Sequence record: PQ309151.1
DNA: 64,000 nt
Reading direction: 5' to 3' (one strand)
Every line of letters begins with the position of its first letter. Within the stretch, counting starts at the first letter, position 1. Below, in pieces: positions 28,477 through 37,601 of this stretch. A program made the translations under genes and the position numbers. Under the pieces are notes generated by a model. It saw nothing but the letters and a program-made list of their open reading frames with translations, did not search any database and had not been told where the DNA came from.

Positions 28477-29537
28477 TGCATCGCACCGTTTATATCAAGA
28501 CCACTGAAGCTTGCAATCTGAATTGCAAGCACTGCTTCACAGGTGGCAATAGTCCCAAGCGCACGTTTCTGGATATCGAAAAGACCATCGATTGGACTCG
28601 TCGCTTGTTCGAACACCTCGATTTCAATGACCACACGCATTTCGAATTGCATGGTGGCGAACCGTTCCTCCTGCCCGTCAAGCAGTTGAAGGAACTCACC
28701 AAGGGCATTCGTACGTGGGGTCCGGTCAAGCATTCGATTGGTGCGACCACGAATCTGGTTTACAAGTTGGACGATGAACTGCTCTGGTTCATCCGTAACG
28801 ATCTCGAAAGTATCGGCACGTCCTGGGATCCGGACATTCGCTTTGCTAACGAAAAGCAGAAGAATCTCTGGACCGACAACCTGAAGAAGGTCATCGATGT
28901 CGCCGACGTCACGCTGAATGTCAGCGTGTCACGCAAGCTGATCGAGATGAATGTGAGCGACCTGCTCATGTTCCTGAGGGATACGGGCTGTTATCGGGTT
29001 CAGTTCGAACGTATCACGACGAACGGCAATGCTCGCAAGAATCTGGCATTGTTCCCGACGAATGCAGAAATCAACGACTGGTATCTTCGCCTGCACAATG
29101 CAACTGAAAAGTTGAGCGCTCGCGGATGGTTCCATAACGCATCCCTGGAGGATGTGTATGCAAAATTCGAAAATGGCAATGCTTGCTCTGGCACGTTCTG
29201 TCGGAATTGCGAAGAGTCCATCTTTACGCTCAACGCGGACGGCAGCATTGGGGGTTGCGCCAATTCGGCGCCGGAGGAATCCTTTGGACACATCGATGAT
29301 GATATCGGAGAACTGTTCGATGCCTCCGGACGAATCGATAACATTGTTAAAGAGCGCATGCGCCACGAGCAGTGTTACGTTTGCCCTGTGGCCGCTTATT
29401 GCGGTGGTGATTGCCACCGACTGGCTTGGGAAGGTGATGTCTGTCCCGCCCCACGCCAACTGATGAAGAAGCTGGCAGGCTTGCCGCTGGAGGAGTCTGC
29501 CATCCGGAAACGATTTATTCCCATTGCGGCGGTTTAA
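28476..29537 (+). CDS. Radical SAM/SPASM peptide-maturase-like enzyme (#1)
   Basis: CNLNCKHC, HGGEP, and SPASM cysteines CSGTFCRNC..GC..CYVCPVAAYCGGDC..C. Confidence 0.92.
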   Translation: MHRTVYIKTTEACNLNCKHCFTGGNSPKRTFLDIEKTIDWTRRLFEHLDFNDHTHFELHGGEPFLLPVKQLKELTKGIRTWGPVKHSIGATTNLVYKLDDELLWFIRNDLESIGTSWDPDIRFANEKQKNLWTDNLKKVIDVADVTLNVSVSRKLIEMNVSDLLMFLRDTGCYRVQFERITTNGNARKNLALFPTNAEINDWYLRLHNATEKLSARGWFHNASLEDVYAKFENGNACSGTFCRNCEESIFTLNADGSIGGCANSAPEESFGHIDDDIGELFDASGRIDNIVKERMRHEQCYVCPVAAYCGGDCHRLAWEGDVCPAPRQLMKKLAGLPLEESAIRKRFIPIAAV

Positions 29538-29543
29538 GGAAAT

Positions 29544-30104
29544 ATGAGTACATATCGCACAGACGTCGACGCCGTAGCCCAGGCGTACGTACGTAACAAC
29601 GTGAACGGGGCGATCAACCCGTATCGCTCGGATTGGGCCCCGGGCTATGTCAACATGGGCATGATTGGCTGGATCTCCCAGGATCCGAACCAGTCGCATC
29701 CGTCGTGGAATGGCGAACTCAGTACCGCTGGCAACACGATGGTGACAAACCAGGTTCGCAATGCGATGATCGACCTGGGCAACTACTACGCGTGGATTGC
29801 CAAGGGTCATTACGGCCTGCAATCAACCAACCAGAGCGGTGCCAACTACCTGCAATACGAAGGCTACGGCTACTTCGTGTTCAATGGTGCGGCTCCGGGC
29901 GCTCAGGATCATGCGAACCGTGTGTCGGCAGATCTGAACACCGCTGGTACCATGAACGGGACGATCCGTTATCAGCAGCTGATCGATTTCTACAACTTCG
30001 CGTGGGGCATCATCTGGAATCGTAAGGACGACCTGCAAGTCGAACTCACGGTTTGCCATTCGTCGTGCCACACTTCGTGCCACGGCTCGCGCGGTCGTCG
30101 TTAA
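29544..30104 (+). CDS. Putative substrate/precursor protein with C-terminal (CHxS)3-RGRR core
   Basis: Ends in VCHSSCHTSCHGSRGRR*. The only Cys residues are in this tail. Lies directly downstream of rSAM/SPASM #1. Confidence 0.65.
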   Translation: MSTYRTDVDAVAQAYVRNNVNGAINPYRSDWAPGYVNMGMIGWISQDPNQSHPSWNGELSTAGNTMVTNQVRNAMIDLGNYYAWIAKGHYGLQSTNQSGANYLQYEGYGYFVFNGAAPGAQDHANRVSADLNTAGTMNGTIRYQQLIDFYNFAWGIIWNRKDDLQVELTVCHSSCHTSCHGSRGRR

Positions 30105-30114
30105 GGAGAAGAAC

Positions 30115-31185
30115 ATGATCAATCTGTTCGATCGTGTTTACATCAAACACGACAACGTACTCGCCCGTGCTGAAGGTCAGAAGAAGTTGATCATCAGCCC
30201 GAAGGTCAAAGAGATCGCCTATGTGACCGACAAGCTGCAACAGCAGCAAGCCGGCATCATGGGAACGTACGAGACGCTCTCGGATGCTCTCCATTACGTT
30301 GGTGGTCAGGACGCTTTCTGGGTCGGTCTGGCACAAGCCAAGGCAAAAGTCATCATCATCGCAGAGCGCGATGTCGTGGCTGAGTTGCTGATTCAATACT
30401 GGAAGGCGATCTTCAAGGACATCTCGTCCGAAGCAGCTTACCTTCTGTACCAGATCCAGATCAACAACGAAAACCTGCATGCTCACCGTCCGACGGAAAA
30501 GCGCGTGCGTCTGTTCTCGCCCAACACCACCGAAGCCGACATCGAACTGATGTCGAAGGAAGCGTTCGTCGCACTCTTCGACAAGTCGACACCGGCACTC
30601 ATCGACCTGTCTTCGGATATGGCGATGCGTTCGCTTCCTTTCGAATATCTACTGATGTCGTATCTGGCAGATCCGAGCGACGATAGCGTGAAGCGCGTGT
30701 TCTTCCAGAAGCTCGACGCAATCATGCGTTCCAACATCGTTGCCAAGCTGATCGGTGGACGTGAAGAACTCATGTTCGAATCGCACAACTACTATCTGCT
30801 GGAACCGGGCGAAGTCGAGCATCTGATCACCGATCCGATCGCCCACATGAAGGCCAGCGGCCATCTGGCATGGGTCATGGACGAAGCGTTCGTCTATGGC
30901 AATGAAGACGAGATTCTGAAGAAGTATTCGCTGGATCAGATCCGCTTCTTCTTCGAACAGATCAAGCGTCTGGTGCTGGAAGACGAATCGATCTTCGTCG
31001 CCATCGAATGCATCAAGAACAAGCAGTATGCCAAGCTGATCGAATACGACATCGGTGACCATCAAGGCAACTTCTTCGGCACTGGTGCGTTCGTGAACAA
31101 GATCAATGGTCTGTTGGTCTCGTTCTCGTATCAACTCAAGCGGATGGGCAACCTCAATCTGCTCAAGCAGTACGAACTGAAGTAA
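30115..31185 (+). CDS. Hypothetical protein of the rSAM cluster
   Basis: 356-aa ORF with an AAGGAG RBS and strongly biased codon usage. No recognised motif. Confidence 0.75.
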   Translation: MINLFDRVYIKHDNVLARAEGQKKLIISPKVKEIAYVTDKLQQQQAGIMGTYETLSDALHYVGGQDAFWVGLAQAKAKVIIIAERDVVAELLIQYWKAIFKDISSEAAYLLYQIQINNENLHAHRPTEKRVRLFSPNTTEADIELMSKEAFVALFDKSTPALIDLSSDMAMRSLPFEYLLMSYLADPSDDSVKRVFFQKLDAIMRSNIVAKLIGGREELMFESHNYYLLEPGEVEHLITDPIAHMKASGHLAWVMDEAFVYGNEDEILKKYSLDQIRFFFEQIKRLVLEDESIFVAIECIKNKQYAKLIEYDIGDHQGNFFGTGAFVNKINGLLVSFSYQLKRMGNLNLLKQYELK

Positions 31186-31191
31186 TGCGAC

Positions 31192-31232
31192 TACTACCTG
31201 ACTCCTTCGGGAGTTGGGTAGTATCTTTTTTT
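31192..31232 (+). terminator. Intrinsic terminator inside the rSAM cluster
   Basis: Stem TACTACCTGACTCC / GGAGTTGGGTAGTA with a C(UUCG)G loop followed by TCTTTTTTT. Confidence 0.85.
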
Positions 31233-31279
31233 CTATTGGTTACACTACTTTTTTGACCTATCCCACTGAGGAAAACGAA

Positions 31280-32629
31280 ATGAGTGAAGAGAAGAAAGGA
31301 ATTGAATTCGGCAAGGAATGGATTGGCGAACTGCCGATTCAGAAACTGATGCGCGAAGATGCTGAACGTCGGCACGCCGACGGTGAAGTGCATGAGCTCG
31401 GCGAAATGAAGAAGACGTACTTTCCGGCGTTGGGTAAACTCGTCGAAATGCCGGCCAAGAAGATGCCGGAAGCAATTCCGCCCTGGGAAGAACTCCCCAA
31501 CGAAGCAGCAAGCGATGACATGTCGGACGAAGGCCCTATCCAGTTCGCGCCTATCGAAAATGGGCCGGCGCAAGTCGGATTGGGAGTGAAAGCATTCTGC
31601 GACGAACTGCTCAACGGCACTAAACTGGACGCCACCCCTGCTGTGAAGGTGACGTCGGAAGTTCAATCGCCTGAAGAAGCCGCGCAGGGTTATTCCTGGA
31701 AACTGAACATCGAAGTCAAGGACGGCAAAGTGGCCAATACTGAAACGGTTCCGGCAGAAAATGTCGGCGATGGTTGGGGTGCAGAACTCCCGCCCGAACA
31801 GCAAACGCCGGAAGTCCAGACCGGCATCCCGGAAGACAAACTCGTCGAAGTCACGGTGCCGTTCCCCGCTGACAAGATTCGCATGTACTTCCAGGATAAG
31901 TCCCTCTTCTTCATCGCGAACTATAGCGAGTCGAAGCTGAAGGGTCAGGCGTTCCTCACGTATCTGTCGAACATCAACATCCCGTCGGATGTGAAGTTCA
32001 ATACGCCGATCAGCTACGAAGAGTACGCTGAAGTCATGAAGGCGTACATGGAACAGCCGGGCGTGATCAACTGCGCCGGTCTGCACGTCATGGCAGCTGA
32101 AATGCTGCTGGTGGCCAAGGGCTTGCCGTATGAGCGTTCGCCTTACGCTCTGCCGATCGACGAGAAAGTGATTCTCATGTTCATCGAGGAACACTACGAG
32201 TTGGTACAGAAGTGGCTGCACTTCATCGACTCGACGCAAGTGTTCGCGTTGCGTTCGATCAAGGCGCTGAACGATCACTACAAGCCGGAAGAAGTCTTCC
32301 CGGTTATCGAAGATCGCAGCTACGTGGGCTGGAATATCGCGCAGCTGTATCGCATTCCGGAATTCATCGCGGTGTACTTCTCGATCGAGAACGCGGAGTA
32401 CAAGCTGTCGTACTTCAAGGACCAGTATGAAGAGTACATGTTCAAGAACGAGACGCTCGCCAAGTACTTCTCGTCGCAGAACAACTTCGCTGCGTTGTAC
32501 TTCATGCACTACGCAACGGGTCTGTTCAAGCCCGAAGACATCAATCACGGCCTGTTCAAGATCGGCGTGTTCGACAAGGCAGGTCCGTACTACGTGGATC
32601 GACCGTATGAAGCTACCATTCAAGTCTGA
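31280..32629 (+). CDS. Hypothetical protein of the rSAM cluster (acidic, Pro-rich N-terminal half plus helical C-terminal domain)
   Basis: Start moved to the ATG at 31280 (GAGG RBS, after the terminator). Confidence 0.72.
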   Translation: MSEEKKGIEFGKEWIGELPIQKLMREDAERRHADGEVHELGEMKKTYFPALGKLVEMPAKKMPEAIPPWEELPNEAASDDMSDEGPIQFAPIENGPAQVGLGVKAFCDELLNGTKLDATPAVKVTSEVQSPEEAAQGYSWKLNIEVKDGKVANTETVPAENVGDGWGAELPPEQQTPEVQTGIPEDKLVEVTVPFPADKIRMYFQDKSLFFIANYSESKLKGQAFLTYLSNINIPSDVKFNTPISYEEYAEVMKAYMEQPGVINCAGLHVMAAEMLLVAKGLPYERSPYALPIDEKVILMFIEEHYELVQKWLHFIDSTQVFALRSIKALNDHYKPEEVFPVIEDRSYVGWNIAQLYRIPEFIAVYFSIENAEYKLSYFKDQYEEYMFKNETLAKYFSSQNNFAALYFMHYATGLFKPEDINHGLFKIGVFDKAGPYYVDRPYEATIQV

Positions 32630-33707
32630 TTCGAACTCTTCGATGACGCTTGATAAGGCATCCCAATACCACCTAAGCCTGAGCTTGGAGTGGTTAAAGG
32701 GATGCCAGTTCAACTGTAAGGGTTGCCACGTCAATAAACAGATGGGGCTTCCCTTTTCAGGTGACGACCTGGCCAATCTGAATAAGTGGGTATCGAGCAT
32801 GCGCGATAAAGGCAATTACTTGCCGACCATCGTGTTTCTTCAGCCCACTGACTTTCTGACTGCCGAGAACACCGTCGACATTCTGAAGAGTCCGTACGCC
32901 TATTCTGTCCTGTCTGTCTTTAAACGTTTGTCGTTGCAAACGACATTCCTGAATATGGATCGTGCGGTAGAGATCGCTTCGATTCTGAAAGCGCGTTTCT
33001 TCCACATGGAGCTTGAGCTCAACTTCATCATTGAGCCCGAGAAAGTCAACAACGAAAAGTATCTCGAAACGATTCGTGCCAATCGTGCGAAGTTTATCGA
33101 GATGCTGGATTGGAAGAAGCACATCGCGTCCTTCGCCATCATGAACGTATATGAGTACGATCAGGTGAAGAGGAACGATGTGAAGAAGATCCTGTCGGAT
33201 TACCAGGCTCTTCACGAGAAGATCAAGGACAAGTTTAATTCCACGATCGACTTTAACTTCTCCATGACCCGTAATCCGTGGTGGAGTAACGAAGACGTAG
33301 CAGATGCTGTACGCAGCGTCAGTCGAATCTTCGATGGTGGAGTAGATAACGTTTTCAACCAGACCATCCGATTCTCATTCGGTAAGCTGGAAGACTCGTC
33401 GATCGAAAAGCATTACAACTGGCATCAAGGACACTTGTATGTGTCGCCGATGATCTATGAGCGCATTGCGTCGTTCCATCGGAAGCTGAAGATCCCTCAT
33501 GTCCTCTACTCTGTGTATGAGACTGAAGACTTCGAACGCCGGTTGCTGATCGATCAGTATCACAACTCCGAAACAAAAACCGAGTGCAATTCGTGTCGAT
33601 ATCAAGCCTCTTGTATTGAACGCAATGTCCTGACGTTTATGGACATGCATGAAATCAAGGACTGCATCATCGCCCGCAAAGCTCTCGATGCCATCAACGT
33701 CATCTGA
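32607..33707 (+). CDS. Atypical radical SAM-fold protein (#2)
   Basis: CQFNCKGC and C-terminal CNSCRYQASC..C. The GGE motif position reads LQPTDF. Start is the ATG at 32607 or 32643. Confidence 0.75.
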   Translation: MKLPFKSDSNSSMTLDKASQYHLSLSLEWLKGCQFNCKGCHVNKQMGLPFSGDDLANLNKWVSSMRDKGNYLPTIVFLQPTDFLTAENTVDILKSPYAYSVLSVFKRLSLQTTFLNMDRAVEIASILKARFFHMELELNFIIEPEKVNNEKYLETIRANRAKFIEMLDWKKHIASFAIMNVYEYDQVKRNDVKKILSDYQALHEKIKDKFNSTIDFNFSMTRNPWWSNEDVADAVRSVSRIFDGGVDNVFNQTIRFSFGKLEDSSIEKHYNWHQGHLYVSPMIYERIASFHRKLKIPHVLYSVYETEDFERRLLIDQYHNSETKTECNSCRYQASCIERNVLTFMDMHEIKDCIIARKALDAINVI

Positions 33708-33711
33708 GACG

Positions 33712-33742
33712 CACATGGATAGGCTTCGTGCCTATCCATGTG
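33712..33742 (+). terminator. Intergenic hairpin inside the cluster
   Basis: 13-bp stem CACATGGATAGGC / GCCTATCCATGTG with a weak U-tract, followed by TTATG. Confidence 0.6.
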
Positions 33743-33757
33743 TTATGTGAGGAAATC

Positions 33758-34777
33758 ATGGACAACGAAATTCTGAACGAATTGCTCGCAAGCAAAGTAC
33801 AAGACTCCACCGAGATCGAACACCATCTCTTTGAGTTCTGCAACCTGAACTGCTCTTTCTGCGGTCAGGATCATGACTCGAAGGTCGGTATGGAATCGAT
33901 CATCGAGAAAGCCCACAAGACCGTGGACTTCATCTTTCATTCGAAGAAAACGAAACACACCATCAACGTGATGGGTGGTGAGATCTTCAATGACAAGGTC
34001 GAGACCACTACCATCCTGGATTACTTTCAGTTCTACGAGATCATCCGTAAGACCTGTCAGGATCTGGGTGTGGAATTCCAGATCAACTGGGTCACGAACC
34101 TGATCTTCACGGAAAACCGTGAGATGGTCGATTGGCTCATGGATAAGACGGGCGAGCATTGCAAGATCTCGACCTCTTACGACTTCGCAGGGCGTGGATT
34201 GGACATCAACAAGCATCTGGTCTTCACCCGCAACCTGGAGCGTTACAAGAAGTACATTGGCGTCGTGGGATTCGTTCTCACTCGACCAGCTATCCGAAAG
34301 CTGATGAACGCCAAGGATATGTTCTTCATCAAAACGCTCTATCCGAACTTCCCGCTTTACTTCGACTGGTATGTGCCGGAGAAGTCCGCTGAGAAGATGA
34401 TGCCATCTGAGCAGGAGATGCTCGACGCATTACTCTACGTAGCGGAACACTATCCGAACGTGGAGCCAGTCAAATCCATGCTGGAGAACACGCACAACAA
34501 GATGACGTGCTTCAGCCTGAACAAAACGACGATATTGCCCGATGGCAAGGAAGTCACTTGTCGCTACCTCGAATACGACAAAGAAAAATTTATTAACGAC
34601 GTTGATTATTCGAGCAACGCAAATATCATCCAGGCACATCTTGATCGTAACGAATGCTATTCGTGTCCTCACTTTGACCGCTGCACATTTCGGTGTTTTG
34701 TACAAGCTGACTGGGCAGGACTCGAACGACTCCCAACCTGTTTCATCCGAACCTTCTTCGACAAAACTGCATCATGA
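33758..34777 (+). CDS. Radical SAM protein with C-terminal Cys cluster (#3)
   Basis: CNLNCSFC, MGGEIF, and CFSL..TC..CYSCPHFDRCTFRC..C. Confidence 0.88.
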   Translation: MDNEILNELLASKVQDSTEIEHHLFEFCNLNCSFCGQDHDSKVGMESIIEKAHKTVDFIFHSKKTKHTINVMGGEIFNDKVETTTILDYFQFYEIIRKTCQDLGVEFQINWVTNLIFTENREMVDWLMDKTGEHCKISTSYDFAGRGLDINKHLVFTRNLERYKKYIGVVGFVLTRPAIRKLMNAKDMFFIKTLYPNFPLYFDWYVPEKSAEKMMPSEQEMLDALLYVAEHYPNVEPVKSMLENTHNKMTCFSLNKTTILPDGKEVTCRYLEYDKEKFINDVDYSSNANIIQAHLDRNECYSCPHFDRCTFRCFVQADWAGLERLPTCFIRTFFDKTAS

Positions 34778-35301
34778 AAATCATTCTTATCGCAGCTGAA
34801 GCAGCAAACAAAGTCATCGGCAACAACGGCCAAATGCCGTGGCACATTCCCGAAGACCTGCAACACTTCAAGAACGAAACGAAAGGCAGTGCAGTAATCA
34901 TGGGCCGCAAGACCTGGGAATCGCTTGGCAGCAAAGCTCTGCCCAATCGCACCAACGTTGTCGTCTCGAAGACCCTGGGTCCTCTGGAACATGCTCATTC
35001 GGTACGCAGCTTCCGTACTGCCGTCAAGGGTCTGATCGATAGTGGTTACGATAAGGCTTATGTGATCGGTGGCGAATCGCTCTACCGTGCAGCAATGCCG
35101 TGGGCAAGCCAGATCGTCCTCACGAAGCTGTACAAGTCGTACGAAGGCGACGCGCATTTCCCGGATATGGATCCGCGTGACTGGGTTCAGTGGCAAGGAA
35201 GAGAAAACTTCCACAACCCGGCACAGCCGTTCAGTGTTCACTACTACACGGCAATCAATCAACCTGACGTCGCCAAATGGGTCGACCTCATCAAGGACTG
35301 A
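34774..35301 (+). CDS. folA: Dihydrofolate reductase
   Basis: Motifs VIGNNGQMPWHIPEDLQHFK, IMGRKTWES, LPNR, VIGG..LY and EGDAHFP. Confidence 0.93.
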   Translation: MKIILIAAEAANKVIGNNGQMPWHIPEDLQHFKNETKGSAVIMGRKTWESLGSKALPNRTNVVVSKTLGPLEHAHSVRSFRTAVKGLIDSGYDKAYVIGGESLYRAAMPWASQIVLTKLYKSYEGDAHFPDMDPRDWVQWQGRENFHNPAQPFSVHYYTAINQPDVAKWVDLIKD

Positions 35302-35302
35302 C

Positions 35303-35902
35303 ATGAACATCACTCTGATTGCCTTGATGGCAAACAACGGCGTCATCGGCTCGGAAGGCAACAAGCCGATGTTCAACGCAGAACACGCGAAGTTCCTGAA
35401 GGAATACGTGAAGGGCAAACCGGTCGTCATGGGCCGTAAGACCTTTGAAGCACTGGGTGGTCCGATCGATGGCGTAGCGCAAACCTTCGTCTTCAGTCGT
35501 CAGCCGGGTTCGTTCGCTGAAGGTATCCCGACCGTACTGAGTGTTGACGGTTTCTTCATCTCGGCTTTCGATCGCATGAAGGCACATGAAGCTGTGGTGA
35601 TCGGTGGTGCATCGACTTTCCATGCATTCTACCCATGGGCAGACACGATGCATATCACTCACATTCGCGACAACGTCCAGGGGGATCGTTACTTCCCGCA
35701 GTTCCCCGGATGGCGTCCTGGCCTCATCAACGCTCGTTATGAGCAAGGTGAAACCCAGTTCGAACGGATCGACTATCGTCGCGACAGCTATGATCCGTAT
35801 CCGGCTACCACGGTCGAAGATCTGAACACGGCCAGTATCTTGAACCATATCCGTAAACTACGCGGGTATCGAGCAAAGCCGATGCAACTGAACGAGGAAT
35901 AA
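35303..35902 (+). CDS. Divergent DHFR-fold protein lacking folate-binding residues
   Basis: Retains VIG, VMGRKTFE, VIGG and GDRYFP. PWxxPEDL is replaced by PMFNAEHA, and LPNR is lost. Start at the ATG at 35303. Confidence 0.8.
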   Translation: MNITLIALMANNGVIGSEGNKPMFNAEHAKFLKEYVKGKPVVMGRKTFEALGGPIDGVAQTFVFSRQPGSFAEGIPTVLSVDGFFISAFDRMKAHEAVVIGGASTFHAFYPWADTMHITHIRDNVQGDRYFPQFPGWRPGLINARYEQGETQFERIDYRRDSYDPYPATTVEDLNTASILNHIRKLRGYRAKPMQLNEE

Positions 35903-35908
35903 GATTCC

Positions 35909-36559
35909 ATGGCTGGCAAACCACGTAAACGCGAGCCGATGAAGGGAAAACGCTTTGGTCGTTTGCTAGTCCTGGATGAAGGCAAGAGAGGCTATAACGG
36001 TACGAATCATTGGAGATACCACTGTCGATGCGATTGCGGTAAAGACACGTATCCTCGAAGCGTGGACCTTTTGATCGGTCGTGCGAAAAGCTGTGGGTGT
36101 CTTGTACTTTCAAGGCGCCATGGTAAGAGTGGTATCCCGGAGTACTGGGCATGGATGCATATGAAGAACCGCTGCCTCAATCCGAATGACGCCGACTACC
36201 ATCGTCATGGTGGTCGTGGGATCGGAGTATTCCAGGAGTGGGTCGAATCGTTCGCTGCTTTCTTTCGCGACATGGGCTTCAAGCCCAGCAAGGAACATGT
36301 CTTAACTCGGATAGATCCTGATGGTCATTACGAGCCAGGTAACTGTCAGTGGAAGGTGCCTGAGAAGAAAGCGGCTCCTGTTCCAAAAGGACCCATGCAC
36401 TTTTACATGGGGGAATCGAAAACCCTGGAAGAATGGGCTGAGATTTTCAAGATGGACCCAGCCGTCATTCAGGATCGATTAGACCGCGGCTTACCTTTCA
36501 CACTCGCTATATTGAGGTTCTCCAATGTCGCACCCAAGCTTAATCGTCAAACCGACTGA
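35909..36559 (+). mobile_element. Free-standing HNH-type homing-endonuclease-like gene
   Basis: GKRFGRL, CRCDCG..KSCGC, EY.AW..MK.RC, GGRGI and RIDPDGHYEPGNCQW. Overlaps the next gene by 35 nt. Confidence 0.75.
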
Positions 36560-37601
36560 AGCGTGTAACTTTAAGTGCACGTTCTGCTCGTCAACGGACA
36601 TCCAGGGCGAATCTCCTAACCTCGATGTCGAGTACGTCAAGCTTTACCTGGAGCGTTTCCCCCAGACTCCGACCATTATCGTGAACGGCGGCGACCCGCT
36701 CATGATGAAACCTGAGTACTACTGGTCGATTCTGAAGATTATCGAGGACATGGGTCTTAAGACCACGCTCTCGTTTACAAGCAATCTGTGGGCTTTCTAT
36801 AAAAAGCCTAGTCTGTGGGTGGATTTGTTCCGCCATCCGCTTGTAGGGGTCTCTACGAGCTTCCAATACGGCAATGCGCGCCTCAAGGGCGATCTCACTC
36901 CGTTTACGGAAGAAGAATTCTGGAAAATCTCCGACATGATGCTCGAACTGGTCGGATACCGTCCTTCCTTTATCGCAGTCATCACGAAAGAAAATGAACA
37001 TACCGCGATCCAGACTGTCGAGCTTGCTAAACGCATGGGTGTTGTCTGCAAGCTTAACTATGCAATGGCGTCGGGACCTAAGACGCAATTCAAAGGCATC
37101 ACCATCGGCAACGCAGACTCCACTTACGTCCTTGCAGATATCTACGAAAAGTATATCGAGATCGCCCAGGCGGGTCTCGCGCCGTGGGAACATAACACCC
37201 AGGTCATGGTGAATCGCCTCAAAGGCCAAGCCAACCAGATCTGTCCTCAGGCCAGAGAGTGTGATGTAGGTATCCGAGCACTCCAGCCTGGTGGTAAGTA
37301 TTACAGCTGTGGAGCATTTGGGGATGATGGATTATTTCCGATTGACTTCGCTAATGAAATGGCTGGTGGATTCGAAAGACCACTCTTTCATCAGCCCGAG
37401 CTCCAATCGCTCAAGAACTCGTGCTACGAGTGTCCCATGTTCGAGATCTGCAATGGATGCCGTAAAACCATTCACGACCTCAAACGTCTTGACCTGGTGG
37501 AAGTCCACTGCTCCAAGATGAAGACGCTAGCGCCTACGATCATCGACATTAACGGGCTCAAAGGACGCATCCATCCTACGCCCTACGTGAAGGAGACATA
37601 A
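36525..37601 (+). CDS. Radical SAM/SPASM protein (#4)
   Basis: CNFKCTFC, NGGDP, and CPQAREC..YSC..CYECPMFEICNGC..C. Confidence 0.9.
   Translation: MSHPSLIVKPTEACNFKCTFCSSTDIQGESPNLDVEYVKLYLERFPQTPTIIVNGGDPLMMKPEYYWSILKIIEDMGLKTTLSFTSNLWAFYKKPSLWVDLFRHPLVGVSTSFQYGNARLKGDLTPFTEEEFWKISDMMLELVGYRPSFIAVITKENEHTAIQTVELAKRMGVVCKLNYAMASGPKTQFKGITIGNADSTYVLADIYEKYIEIAQAGLAPWEHNTQVMVNRLKGQANQICPQARECDVGIRALQPGGKYYSCGAFGDDGLFPIDFANEMAGGFERPLFHQPELQSLKNSCYECPMFEICNGCRKTIHDLKRLDLVEVHCSKMKTLAPTIIDINGLKGRIHPTPYVKET

Noticed and set aside
30054-30101. CHxxCH read as a c-type cytochrome heme motif
   Set aside because: The spacing is CX3CH rather than CXXCH, there is no signal peptide, and no Ccm genes are in the window. 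Kept only as a minor alternative.
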